A DNA stretch of 64,000 nucleotides from Macrostomum lignano. Taxonomy: Eukaryota. The translations under genes were made by a program, and so were the position numbers. The DNA lies in assembly GCA_002269645.1 (NCBI GenBank), contig NIVC01000158.1:248001-312000 (forward strand). Direction: 5' to 3'. Positions 36,551-50,112 of this stretch are shown here, piece by piece. The notes beneath the pieces are model-generated. The model saw nothing but the letters and a program-made list of their open reading frames with translations, searched no databases and was not told where the DNA came from. The stretch's first letter is position 1. Every line of letters starts with the position of its first letter.

Positions 36551-36913
36551 CAGGGATTCGTAAACTTTTTTACCTCAAGGGCCAGATATAGAACCTAGAG
36601 CATGACGGTAGAGAGGAAAGAGAGGGGAGATAGAAGAAAGGAGATGCGATCGAGGGAATAAAGGAGAAGAGCGGAGACGAGAGGAGAGGAGAGAAGAGTA
36701 GATGAGAGAGGAAAGGAGAGCAAAGAACAGAGGAGAGAAGAGATGAGAGGAGAGAGGAGAGTAGAGGGAAGAGTGCTGAGAATAGATATAAACATTGAGC
36801 GGGCTGGATTGCTATTGTGAAGTGAAGTCTCAAGGAACCTAGTCTCAAGGGCTAGCTGGATAGAGAGGCTTTGTGGGCCGCATGCGGCCCTCGGGCCAGA
36901 GTTTGCCGACCTG
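36551..36913. mobile_element. hAT (Charlie-type) non-autonomous element with an internal GA-rich tract
   Basis: Ends cagggattcgtaaact and agtttgccgacctg; subterminal gggccgcatgcggccc; 8-bp flanks atctaaat/ctctagat resemble the NTCTAGAN target. Confidence 0.65.
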
Positions 36914-37591
36914 CTCTAGATGGACTTTTAGCTCGTGCAGTCATCGGGACTTGACGAGCGTCTATTTATTTTTCTTGCTTAAAATACTACTCGAAATAAT
37001 TAATCATAATTTACGCATCCCGCGCAATCGAAAGTTTGAAAGGCATATTAACGCAGTTGAGTTATAAACGGCTAAAACGACACAACTCCCAGACCTTATC
37101 AGATTCGGGGATTTCAATGCTTTCAGATTTACATTTTTCTTAACATGAATTGAGAACGTTTTCTCCCTTATTCTATTCGTTCATTCACGGGGCTAGGCGT
37201 GAATGGGAACCTGTGATTGTACTTCGTAAAGCTCTGTCGTGTCACACTCACTGCCTGCCTGTCTCTTGTGATCTAGCTATATGATAAGGCAGGAAATTCG
37301 TGACTTTCTTTCCCTTCCTTCATTGAGTTTTCTGTCTGTTGTGTTCATTCTATTTATGTACACTTACGAGCGCAGCTATAGCTAGTTTTTAGGACTGAGT
37401 CCTTACTCGCCCGAGTCGTGACTTCTTTCTTCTCAGTCCCGACTTCCAAGACGGCTATCGGGGGCTGTGGCATGCGGGATTAGAAAGGGATTAGGAGGAA
37501 AAGCCGGCCGCTCAATAACCACCAACCAGTGTTTAGGGTGTACTGTGTAGCTAATCTACGTGTGGCGTAAGTACGTACCTTAGAATAGCGT

Positions 37592-37927
37592 TCAGTACAT
37601 TGCGATGTACATCAGACAGAATGAACAGCCTGCCCAAGCCTCAGCTGTCTCAGCTGCTAGTGTAAAAAGTACACTCAAGCTGGTGTTCAGCACTTCTAGA
37701 AATAAATGCACTTTTCTGTAGGAAAATGTCAGCTGCTGGCTTCTCAAAGTGTTTTTAATCTTGCCAGGCTTGTAGCTCTTACCCTTTTCTTTGAAAAAAG
37801 CCGGCCTTTCTTGTAAGCTGTAAGTTCCTTCCTTGGTGCATGCATAATTCTCGGATCCTTCCTCAGTCCACATTTCTATATCCTCACTGTTCAACGTTTT
37901 AGTTATATTATTATCTGGCCAACTCAA
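37592..37927 (-). pseudogene. possible transposase N-terminal remnant (hAT/TTF-zinc-finger-like)
   Basis: WPDNNIT...EMWTEEGS...Y loosely resembles hAT N-termini; weak, pattern-based only. Confidence 0.2.
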
Positions 37928-40900
37928 TGCTTAAATTCAACTCAACCCACTCTCCTTAATTCCACAGCAACATACAAACCGTTGCCAATCCCAAATTCGC
38001 GTATCTACGAGTAAAAAACTAAATGTGTGGCGTGGGACCGTGCCTTAACAAGTTATAATATGCCGATGCACATACAAACTTTAAAAAACCCATCATATAT
38101 TTTAAATTTCAGTGAAAATATAAAACGCTATTAATTCTGTTCTGAAGTTAGCTAGCTGCTATTATGGCCTTGCCATGTCACGTGCCGAATGCAAGCTTAA
38201 CGACCTTCCTATGCTAGGCTTTCTAGCTTGCATTCATTTTCTTTCCTCGATTTCACTTCACCGTGGAGTTTTAAATCTAATAATCTGGCTGCAACAACAG
38301 CCTACTAAACTACTAAATTGTTTCAAATTGTTTGCCTAAATGTATCGGTGTAAACAAATAATTAGTATTAATGCGCCAAGGATTAAGGATTTAAGGTTGT
38401 TCAAATCTCCTCATTTCAAAAATAGGAAAAATCTGACTGCTAATCTATTCAGAATAACCAAATTTCTACTCCAGATTCTAGATTTAAAACTTCATGGCTT
38501 TAACTGAGCTTGTGTTTCTCTGTCTCTCTCAGCTGGTGTACAGCCCTATCCGACCTTAACCATCAACCCAACCCCTCCTCTCCCCCGGCCCCGCCTTGTC
38601 AAGGCCCGCGACTATGGGGGAGGCAAAGTAAGAAAATAAGCGTGGTGTCACGTGAGGAGCGCGCAATCCCCCACCCGCCCCAAATATTTTTGGCTCTGGC
38701 GAATGCACATTTCAGGCGCACGCACATCTGCCACTCGCAGGCCCCAGTCTACACACCGAACTAAAAACAGCACAAGCTACTGGACCTAATTGTATTGAGC
38801 CACTGGGCCAACAAGCAGCACAAGTAGAACACACCCACACACACCACGTACAGCCAGCGGGGCCGGCAGGTGGCCTTAGCCTTTAGCTTATCTTGCAGAA
38901 ATCGCTGGCCGCTTTTCTTTCAATTACAATAGCAAGCGCTGAACAAGTTAAAACTTACAAACAACAATTAACAATTCCGAAATTATGATAATGGAGTAGC
39001 TCGTGCTTTCTAAATCTTAAAATTCACAATTCGCACTAGTCGAGTTCCATTTCAATTTTCACTCAATTCCTATGCAGCCACAACTTTGCCATTTACTCCT
39101 GTCATATACTCCACTATACTACTAAACTGACTACTGCTGTACTCTCGTGCAGGTGAACTGAACTGACTGTACTACAGACAGTCTACAGAAGTTAGGTGAA
39201 TATAGCAACCCATGGATGGAAGGCTGGAAGCCTTTTTTCGCTTCGCTCTCAAAACGAACTGACTCTTGGAGTCCTGAGCTTCCCTGCCGGCCTGAGTAAC
39301 CGCTCACTCAGCGTTTACTATGTCCCGGGCCGCTACATGTATGCATGCTTTGCAATTGGCGGCGTTTATGCTGATTGTAGTTAAGTCAAACTAACACCGA
39401 CTTGAATTTCTAAATTTTTAACCGCAAAGCTGGCTCATTCACAATGAGTGCACACTGCCATCAAATGAGCCACCAAATCACAAATCACAACACGACCAAT
39501 GTACAAAGGAAGCAAATTTGATGTACAAGTTGTGTGATCACACGAAATTTGGCCTTATTTGATGGCGGTGTGAACGGGTCTCTTTAGCTGTACATCTTAT
39601 GTATGACCAGAGTAATGTGTACGAGGTAGGAGCGTTGGTGTGGTTAACACTAATTCAGCTAGATTGGCGAAGTGGCAATGAATGATATATAATTACGCTT
39701 CGAATTGAAGCATTACTGATGTATCTCATTCTCCTCACGAGTTTGCTTCGCAGTGAAGGAGTTATGTACATCACACAGGATAGCATTTAAGTGATTATTT
39801 GGGTCACTGATAATTTAAGAGCACTGCATTCAACCTCCAACTCTTTAAATCCTCTTCCAACTGAACCCCGTTAAGCCTTTTGATCTTTTACATGTACGGT
39901 AAGTTTTTAACAACATGTGCATGTATATAAGTAGAAAATCCATTCTAAATCAAGCCAAATTTGTAAATCCTGCTTATCGATTCCACCTAAAGTATGCCAG
40001 TGCCAGATGAAGAGTCAGAATTTACTGAAGCCTTAATAAAAAGTAATTCATTCTAGTTAATTTTCCTCATTGCGATTCACGAAATAAGTCAGTAACAGTA
40101 GTCAGTATAGTGAACTAGATATCAGCTGACTTTTCCAATTTAAATTAAAATACAAAATATTAAAACAAATACTTTGTGCAAACTCGTCAGACAGCTGTAA
40201 AAAGATATTGTTGTGTATAAAAAATGTTTCATATATTTTATTTGCTCAATTTATTTTTTATTTATGTATATTAAGCGGTTTTTTTAGACAAAGTAGATCC
40301 GAAAGCCCTATTTGAAAAGTATATAAAGGAAATTTCCCTACTTCGTCAGTGTAAATTATCAACTAATATCTGCTTACAGGCAAACTGTGTTTCCTCAAAT
40401 TTCGTACTGCTGTCAACATCTGGCAATAATATGTGAGGTAAGTTTGCGATTACAAAAGTTATTATTGATTTTGTTTTTAATTTGCCTTTTGATCGTTTTT
40501 AAGTCTTATGTTCATATGTTAAGCCCTCTTCAACACTATGTGAATATCGTGCAAGAATATCAAGAACAAAATGGCGGTATTTTAATTTCACTACTTTCTT
40601 CGAAACGGAGACAGAGTTTTATTGACCTACTTAAAACTCCGATTGCCCATTGCTTGTTACGCAGTATAATTTTTACTATAATTTGCCAAATAAAAGAAGT
40701 ATGTGTAGCTGCTTCGTTTTTAACTTTCGATATAATAACGTTGACTTATTGAAGCAAAAGGACATGTTCGATTACACTTTATTATCATAGGCTTTGACTA
40801 TTGATACTTTACTGTGTAAAAGTCGAACAACTGTCACTGTACGATAGTTATGCTTCTTAATTCAAACACCCATTTGCTACTACTACCACACCAAAGTGAG

Positions 40901-41674
40901 TCTTCCATTATAATTCTGTTGAATTCTCTGAGGCCTTGGCTTTAGTCGTTAGAGTATTAAAATGAATAATTGCTAGTTAAAAAAGTTCAATACTAATAGT
41001 ACTACTACTACTATTGCCAGTTGCATAACTTGCAAGTGCAATTGGAGAGAAATGGCTTACTACATCAGGATGGATACTTTTCAATATCTTTGAGTATATT
41101 TGGCCTTGGCTCAAAAATTTTTGATTTTTTAGATTCTAGCTCTTTATTTTAGGTCTTTTTTTCGGATTTATAAAAAGAAGCTTTTAGCTTTTATTTATAT
41201 ACATAATATAATATATAAAGTCATATTACTTATTTACTTATATACTAAATTAGTTAACTAAATTAGTCAACTTATGTGTCTATTAGATTTAGAGACATTA
41301 TAATAAATGTATCATGATTTAAATAAATTTAATTCTTAAGCATAAAATAGACAGAGACCCAGGCAAAGGCAAAGACCCAAGGGGGTAGGGTGGTTGCCAC
41401 CCCTTTTAGCAGAGACCTGAAAAAATGGGGACCTAGCACATTTTTTGCAAAAATATAGAGCCATCCCTTTATCCCCCTTTAGCTTTGGGCCTTTACCTTC
41501 CAAAATCTATCCCTTAACAAATTTGTGGTTTGCCACTGATCAAAGTAGGCCCGAAACTTTTTTTACAATACTTTGCTTTAAAATTGATAAAAAGTTTTGA
41601 TAAAAAGTTAAACTTTTGACTTGCCTACTATGAGTAGTCAGCATCGATTTTGAACTGTTGTCACTTATACAGGC

Positions 41675-43787
41675 ATGGAAAACTACAGCGCCTATTCCAA
41701 CAGCAGACGCGGTGGCTGCACAAAATTTGAGCATCGCCACTGGCCCGGTGCACTCAGGCAGACCAGCTGGCCTGGCCGCGTTTCCAAGCAGCACCAGCAG
41801 CTGCAACAGCATCATATATCTGGGCCGCGCATTCTCCGACAACGGCGCGCCAATTCTTACAGCTCCGACCCGCTCAACCTGCGCTGGGTCGCCCAGGAGA
41901 GCCTCCGCCGGGAGCTGGCGGGCGAGTCGCCGATGCCGGGCGACAGCGCTTTGAATTCACCGGTGCTCGCCGATGCGTCTTCCTCTTCAGGTTTGTCGGT
42001 CGCCGAGGCAACGGCGGCGGCATCTACAGCAGCGACAGTTGAAGCTGCGGCAGCCGAAGTGGCGACTGTGGCGCCGGCGCCTGCGTCCTGGCGACAGCGT
42101 CGAAGCTCCGCTGAGGCATCGGCCGCGGCAGTCGGCGCCTCCGGATCTGGTGGCCAGTTCAACAGGCAGCGATCGCTGAGCTTCAAGCGGCCGCCGCCGC
42201 ACCGATTTGTGCCGGTCTATGGCAACTATCGGGCCTCGAGAAGGGGCGGCCTGAACATTGACCGGATGCAGGACGACCGCCTGCAGCTGCTGCAGCCCGA
42301 TTGGTACACGGATAAGGAGGTGCGCGTCTGATGGGCTTCTCCTATCGCTTTCAAACTCCCCTTACACACCACACGGCCAGTGTCAATCGTCATTGTCAAA
42401 TTGCTTTTTTAAGCGCCAGAATCGCCGAATTCAGGATGCCAAAATTACATGTAAAGTTGATGTGTCATCACACACGCCATACATGCGCAACCCCCCTGAT
42501 TTACACTGGCGACTTACCCCTGGTCCACCACATTTTGGCCAGCAGTTGCGCATGTATGACACACTCTATGACACAAAAAATCTGGATTGTCGATGGTAGA
42601 TTGACACAGCACAGATGTCATTATTCCACACTTTAAATTTATTGTTATTGCAAAGGTAAGAAGGGGTGGATATAGATAATAAAGATGGGAAAGCAAGAAC
42701 GTGATGATTATGCGTACATAGGGTGACTGTAAATGGAATTATATACAATGTCACCCAATGTCGCTCACTTTCAACCAATGCTACTCACTGTCAATCAATT
42801 GCGCAGGTGCTTGACATCGGCTGCAACGACGGCGTGTTCTCCCTAAAGATCGCCGAGGCCCTGAAGGTCCGCTCGCTCACCGGGGTGGACATCGACGCCC
42901 AGCTGGTGGGCTCAGCCCAGGCCAATCTGCGCCGGAAACTGACCGAAGCGGAGGAAGAGGCCCAGCTGCGCCGTCAGCTCGCTAGCGAAGGCTTCCCAAG
43001 CGTTGCTGACGCGCAAACTTCTGCTTCTTCTGTCGCGTCTTCTTCTGCTTCTGGTGTTGCCAATTCGTCGGCTTCAGTCTCCACAACTGCTGGCGGTTTT
43101 CCGCATAACGTGTCCTTTGTTACTGGCAACTACGTGCTTGAAAATGAGTCCCAATTAGCCAGCATCGAGGAGAACAAATACGACATAATCCAAGCGTTCA
43201 GCATCACCAAATGGATTCACCTCAACTGGGGCGATCGCGGTTTGAAATTATTTTTCAAGCGAGCATTTCGCGAGCTCAGACCGGACGGCAAGTTCATAGT
43301 TGAGCCGCAGCCGTACCAGACCTACAGGCGGCACCTGCTGTGCACCGAGCATCGCCGCAACTACGCCTGCAATATTGAACTGCGGCCGGAGAGGTTCCGC
43401 GCCTATCTGGAACAGGAAGTCGGCTTTGCCCACATACTGGCCATCTCCGAGCAGCAGCAGTGCCACGGATTCCAGCGCCCATTGCTTATGTGCAGCAAGC
43501 CGACGGGCTGTACCCCAGCACCTCCCCTGTCCCTGGGACCGCTTGGTCAAATGCAGCAGCAGCAGTTGCTCCAGCTACAGCGAGCTGACTCAGCCGACCG
43601 CCTATTCATGGACCATATGGCCGCGGCCTCGAGCACCACTGTGGACACGCCAAGGTCAATTCGTCTACCCGAAGAGATCGTCAGTCCCTTGTGGGAGGTC
43701 GACGAGGAAACCGAGGACAACAATAATAATAATGCTGACGGCATTAGGGTCGTGGAATCGGCAGAACTCCCGGTTCAAGTTGGCTAA
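41675..43787 (+). CDS. MEPCE: 7SK snRNA methylphosphate capping enzyme (Bin3 family), about 541 aa, 2 exons
   Basis: Exons 41675-42319 and 42807-43787 in phase; YGNY...DDRLQLLQPDWY, SAM motif VLDIGCNDG, GVDID, SITKWIHLNWGD, VEPQPY. Confidence 0.95.
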
Positions 43788-45461
43788 GTCGCATATTTGT
43801 TTGTCTTTTCATTCCTCATTTAAATTTAAACCAAAGGTTACCTTCAACTAATTAGCTGACGAGGAACAACTGCATATACTCACGCCCTTTATTCGAAAGA
43901 TTATATTAGATTTAGTCGATTCCAGACTACTCCCATCCTATCCGTTTAGGTTACAGTTGATTAACAATACTAAACTAATATTATAGCTTAAAGTTATGTA
44001 AATATAGTCTTACAAAGTTGTACACCAATTTAGTAAAATAAGGGACCACCAATTCTTCTCTCTTATCTCCTGTGTTTTAAAATGCTGTTTATTATTATAA
44101 ATTATCATTACAGTTGAATTTATAATTTTGGCATTGAAGAGACTTTATTATTTATTTAATTATTTTTTCTAGGAAAACACTAAAAATTACATTTGTTGAG
44201 TTTTATTTATTATTTTATTTTTTATTACTGATTTATTAATTTTTAGACATTACACTTATTTATTTTTGATTCATTAATTATATTTAAAAAACAAAATAAA
44301 AATATACACTTTTAAAAACCTACTTTTCAATGCATTTTTATCATATTTTTAATCGTTTCATCTGTTTATTTATTTAATGAATTTCATTGCTTTCTAGGCG
44401 TCAGCTTTCACAAAGTTAACAGTAACAAAATAATTAATATGCGACAAAGCCCTTGAGGCCAATCTTAATTTCCTTGAAATTATTGTAAAGAGCAAATTTC
44501 TTCAAGTCTTTTTTTTCCTTTTTTTCTTTTGTTGTAATTGAACTGACTCGACTGGCTGACTCCGTGCTCGCTCCGTTTGCCTACTTGTCAGCGATGCCAT
44601 CAGCAGAGTTTATGCAACTCCTTTTCCCAGGAAATGTCGAGTATTAAAGAGTATTAATTAGCATTAGCTGGTGTAAATATATTCGTCAAGTTTAGGAATT
44701 TAAAATCCCCTTACTAGCCCTATAATGTAATGTTGTTTTTTGTTACTATAGTCAACTGTTTTATATTTATTGCGATTTAACCCTGTCGTGAAAGTGCTTG
44801 AAATTTGCTCTACATATTCTACAACTGCTACTGTTAGTAAGTATTTTAGAATCTAATTCATCAGATACACACATGTCAATTAATCATCATTATTTAAAAA
44901 AAATGTGTTATAATCATCTAAGATAATTTTGACAGCCAAGAAAACGAATGAAGATTTTTTTAATTTTTGTTTTTTATTTAAACGACAGCAAAAGAATCAC
45001 AAATTAAAAGAGCTATAGTCTTATAAAATAGGTACGTCATTATAGTGTCGCAGAGGGTCGCATTTCAACTACTTGCATACTCGCACATACTGGTAGTGTA
45101 TAGAAATTCCAAAAAGATTAAATTTGGTAATCAGCTGTAGCACCTCCACATACGCGTTTTAACAGAAATTGTAAATTGAGATTTCAAGTAGGCAGTCATA
45201 TAATTACAAGAAAAATATTGTTGACTTCAAAAAAAATTGAAGCTACTGGTCAGTTAAGTAGTAAATAGTGAAAGTAAAAAACAGGTCTTGGTTTCCTGGA
45301 AACAACAATGCAGAAAAAAAGAATTTATAAAAATCGATGTTTTCGTAAGCAAGCAGCTCGACATGATTAAAATGGATAAAACTACTGATTATTAAAAAAA
45401 TGAGTAATAAGTTGAGTTGGGAGCACGAAATCTTGTTTTTGAGCAAAATATTTACCTTCGG

Positions 45462-45758
45462 GTTGCAGATAGCAGTGAATGGGTTTTGCAGATAGCTGTG
45501 AATGGGTGTTGCAGATAGCAGTGAATGTGGGTTGCAGATAGCAGTGAACGGGGGTTGCAGATAGCAGTGAATGTGGGTTGCAGATAGCAGTGAATGGGGG
45601 TTGCAGATAGCAGTGAATGGGGGGTTGCAGATAGCAGTGAATGGGTGTTGCAGATAGCAGTGAATGGGGGTTGCAGATAGCAGTGAATGGGTGTTGCAGA
45701 TAGCAGTGAATGGGGGTTGCAGATAGCTGTGATTGGTGTTGCAGATAGCTGTGATTGG
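45462..45758. repeat. 21-23 bp minisatellite (GTTGCAGATAGCAGTGAATGGG) immediately after the flotillin stop codon
   Basis: Begins about 10 nt beyond the TGA at 45769 on the minus strand. Confidence 0.93.
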
Positions 45759-45768
45759 TTCAATTCAT

Positions 45769-48700
45769 TCAGGCGGAGCCGGCCACGGTGGCGCCGGGCA
45801 GGCGGCCGATGGCCTTGGACAGGTCCACCCCGGTCAGAGCCTGCACAGCCGGCGGCAGGGAGCTCAACAGGCGCGACACCTCGCTTGTGGTCCGGTCGTC
45901 GCCCAGCACGACAATCTCGTCGATGCGGGCCAGCGGAGCCGCCACCTCGGCTGCCACCTTCGGCAGGGCGTCCAGAGTCAGCTCCAGCACGGCTGCGTCG
46001 CCGTAGGCGCGGAAGGCCGACGCCTTCAGGCGCATCTCCTCGGCCTGGGGATTGGCGGGCACGGGATTGGTGAGGACTGGGCTGGGATTGGTGAGGACTG
46101 GGGTGGGATTGGTGAGGACTGGGCTGGGATTGGTGAATGACTGGGGTGGGATTCGTGACTGACTGGGGTGGGGATTAGTGAGGACTGGAGTGGGCATTGG
46201 TGAAGGACTGGGTGGGGATTGGTGAATGACTGGGTGGGGATTGGTGAATGACTGGGTGGGGATTGGTGAATGACTGGGCGGGATTGGTGAATGACTGGGC
46301 GGGATTGGTGAATGACTGGGTGGGATTGGTGACTGACTGGGGTGGGATTCGTGACTGACTGGGGTGGGCATTGGTGAAGGACTGGGTGGGGATTGGTGAA
46401 TGACTGGCTGGGATTGGTGAATGACTGGGGTGGGATTCGTGACTGACTGGGGTGGGGATTAGTGAGGACTGGAGTGGGCATTGGTGAAGGACTGGGTGGG
46501 GATTGGTGAATGACTGGGTGGGGATTGGTGAATGACTGGGTGGGGATTGGTGAATGACTGGGCGGGATTGGTGAATGACTGGGCGGGATTGGTGAATGAC
46601 TGGGTGGGATTGGTGACTGACTGGGGTGGGATTCGTGACTGACTGGGATGGGGATTGGTGAAGGACTGGGTGGGGATTGGTGAATGACTGGGCGGGATTG
46701 GTGAATGACTGGGTGGGGATTGGTGAATGACTGGGGTGGGATTCGTGACTGACTGGGGTGGGGATTGGTGAGGGACTGGGGTGGGGAGCAGAATTCCTCA
46801 CCTGGGCCTTTCCAACAGCTTCAATGGAGGCGGCTTCGGCAGCACCGCGCACCCGGATGGCCTCAGCCTCAGCCTGGGCCACCTTGACCTGGCGGTAGCG
46901 ATCCCCGGCCGCGATAGTCTGCACCTGGAAGGCCTGGGCCTCGGCGGGACGGCGCACGATGGCGTCCAGCTCCTTCTCGTTGCGTATGATTTCTTTCTCT
47001 TCAATCTCGATTAGCTTGCGCTTCTCGCGAACCTGCAGGGCATGTTTGTGCGATGCGAAATGAGTTTAGGCTGGAAGCATAGGAAAAATGGCGTGCTAAC
47101 TTTTCAATTGCACTATCCGTATTCATGCTGTCAGGTGACAAATCCTCCTTGAAACGTCTGCTTCGGAATTTGGAGAAATTTCGCCTTAATCAAGCTTTTA
47201 CGATTGAGAAATTCCCTACCTCGAACTTTGGAAAATGAGAAATTCCCCTCTATTAGGCTTCGGCAACTGATAAATTCCCCTTCATTAAGCTTCGGCAACT
47301 AAGAAATTCCCCTTCATTAAGCTTCGGCAACTGAGAAATTCCCCCTTCATTAAGCTTCGGCAACTGAGAAATTCCCCCTTAATTAAGCTTCGGAAACTGA
47401 GAAATTTCCCTCCATTAGGCTTCGGCAACTGAGAAATTCCCCTTCATTAAGCTTCGGCAACTAAGAAATTCCCCTTCATTAAGCTTCGGCAACTGAGAAA
47501 TTCCCCCTTCATTAAGCTTCGGCAACTGAGAAATTCCCCCTTCATTAAGCTTCGGCACCTGAGAAATTCCCCCTTCATTAAGCTTCGGAAACTGAGAAAT
47601 TTCCCCTTCATCAAAGCTGAGAAATGCCGCTAAGAAGCAAGCACACTCTGGAGCAGCCAGATACTAACATCAATTTCAATTTCCTCAGTGCGAATCCTCT
47701 GCCGCTCCTTGGCAGACTGCAAATTATAAGCCAATTCAGCTTGCGCCTTGGCCCGATTCACTTCAACATCAAAGTCGGCCTTCTGTATCTGGAAGTGTCT
47801 GGCGCTGTCCGCTATACGCGAGTCCATCTCGTAGCGAACCTCCATGCGGGAGCGCTGGCACTGGGATTCCACTATGCCGGCGTCTCGCTCAGACTCAGCT
47901 GAACCGATTGCCGCGTCCCGCTTCACTATGGCGGTCTGCGTGCGGCCCAGGCTGTTCAGGTAGTCCACCCGGTCGTAGATATCTTTAATAGTAAATGACA
48001 GGATCTCTATGCCCATCTTGCCAACGTCCGGGGCGGCCACGTCGCGAACTAATTCGGCGAATTGGTCGCGATCTTTGTAGATTGCTTCCACTGTCAGGGT
48101 GCCCAGTATAGCGCGCAGGTGGCCCTCCATAGTTTGCAATATGGTGTCCTCCATGCTGCGCCGCGATTTGCCCAGGAATTGCTCGCACGCCGTGGTCAGT
48201 ATCTCCGGATCGCGCATCACCTTCACCTGGGCCACGCCTTGGGTTTAAGGGTTGCTTGGCAGTTTAGGTTGCGGGAGGATATGGGTCAGGTTTGTGAGGG
48301 ATATGGGTCAGGTTTGTGAGGAATATGGGTCAGGTTTGTGAGGGATATGGGTCAGGTTTGTGAGGGATATGGGTCAGGTTTGTGAGGGATATGGGTCAGG
48401 TTTGTGAGGGATATGGGTCAGGTTTGTGAGGGATATGGGTCAGGTTTGTGAGGGATATGGGTCAGGTTTGTGAGGGATATGGGTCAGGTTTGTGAGGGAT
48501 ATGGGTCAGGTTTGTGAGGGATATGGGTCAGGTTTGTGAGGGATATGGGTCAGGTTTGTGAGGGATATGGGTCAGGTTTGTGTCAATATTGGTCAGGTTT
48601 GTCAGGGATATGGGTCAGGTTTGTGTCAATATTGGTCAGGTTTGTGAGGGATATGGGTCAGGTTTGTGAGGGATATGGGTCAGGTTTATGAGGGATATGG

Positions 48701-49795
48701 GTCAGGTTTGTAAGGGATATGTGTCAGGTTTGTGAGGGATATTGGCCAGGTTTGTAAGGGATATGGGTCAGGTTTGTCAGGGATATGGGTCAGGTTTGTG
48801 AGGGATATGGGTCAGGTTTGTCAGGGATATGGGTCAGGTTTGTCAGGGATATGGGTCAGGTTTGTGAGGGATATGGGTCAGGTTTGTGAGGGACATGGGT
48901 CAGGTTTGTGAGGGATATGGGTCAGGTTTGTGAGGGATATGGGTCAGGTTTGTGAGGGATATGGGTCAGGTTTGTGAGGGACATGGGTCAGGTTTGTGAG
49001 GGACATGGGTCAGGTTTGTGAGGGATATGGGTCAGGTTTGTGAGGGACATGGGTCAGGTTTGTGAGGGATGTGGGTCAGGTTTGTGTCAATATTGGTCAG
49101 GTTTTTCAGGATTGTAAAGGCTGGGTGGGTCAAGCAGTTTTTGTAGGCTTTTTTAATAGCTAAAAGACAACTCACCAGTGACAGTCACTGCCACTCCTTC
49201 AGATGTTTCAACATCTTCACACTTTGGTTTCAAAGTGAAAACTTCTAGCGTTAATCTACATAAAACATACAAAAGGCGTAGAGAAGCTTCTGTAAAACAA
49301 TGTATTAAGAACAAAAGTAAATTTTTACCTCTGCACCTGGGTGACACAACAGCAAGCCCAGCCCCAGCCTCCAATGATGCGACGAACTCGGTTCTGACCA
49401 GTGCAGCCACCTGGCCAGAAGTTAATATATACTAGACTAGTTAAACTTGAACTTAATACACTTTAACTTTATATGCAATATCTTAATAATATATGTGCAT
49501 TCATTCCAATAATTATAATTCTGGCTTAACAAAAATTAGTAAAGAATTTAAAATAAAAAATCTTCTTGTTTTATTAAAAATAATTCACTATTAATTTTCT
49601 GTTACATTGAATATTAATAATAATAGTATGGTAGAAGACAGAAAGGTAGTATGTTTAAGTGTATAATATACTTGATTATATTGTAATGCAAAAATTAATC
49701 TAAATCTTAACTCAAAAAATAGAAAACAATGTTATAAACTTCTTACCAGAAATTACAAGAGCCTTGTTTGGTCCAACAGTATGAATCTGTCCCAT
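45769..49795 (-). CDS. FLOT2: flotillin-2 (reggie-1), 428 aa, 6 exons
   Basis: Exons 49795-49747 (MGQIHTVGPNKALVISG), 49410-49329, 49255-49176, 48237-47669, 47032-46802 and 46044-45769 join in phase; SPFH domain (EGHLRAILGTLTVE...APDVGKMGIEILSFTIKD) and AEA-repeat flotillin domain. Confidence 0.96.
46062..46785. repeat. 21-23 bp minisatellite (GGATTGGTGAATGACTGGGTGG) filling FLOT2 intron 5
   Basis: Occupies all but about 35 nt of intron 46045-46801. Confidence 0.95.
47200..47620. repeat. 32-33 bp minisatellite (GAGAAATTCCCCTTCATTAAGCTTCGGCAACT) in FLOT2 intron 4
   Basis: About 12 copies. Confidence 0.93.
48275..49110. repeat. 22 bp minisatellite (GGGATATGGGTCAGGTTTGTGA) filling FLOT2 intron 3
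   Basis: About 38 copies. Confidence 0.96.
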
Positions 49796-49840
49796 TTTTG
49801 GTACTTTTTAAATATAATATGAAATTTGGTATCAGAAATG

Positions 49841-50112
49841 CTATTGTAAAACGAGAGAAATTCAGACTTAACTAACGCAGAACGACTCGTACGAGACTAA
49901 GAGCGCTATAAAAACCAAATTTTCTCGCTAAAAAAAGTTAACATGCCCTTAGTTTGAACTCTATAAATTGATTGATTTCGTTGGACCAATAACGGAAAAA
50001 CAAATTAAGTAAAATGTGGGTTTAACCGCTGCAAAACTTTTCAGTAAAGCAAGTTTTTAACTTTATAGTTTTAACCATCACTGTAATTTTCTCATCAAAA
50101 TTTTAAAATTAC
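49841..50112 (-). other. probable FLOT2 5'-UTR intron
   Basis: Minus strand donor cag|GTAATT near 50112 and pyrimidine-rich acceptor tttctctcgttttacaatAG at 49841-49842, 45 nt upstream of the ATG. Confidence 0.4.

Noticed and set aside
42210-42260. MePCE lacks the YYGYR segment after YGNY
   Set aside because: This segment varies among Bin3 homologues and the core catalytic motifs are intact; not enough to claim altered function
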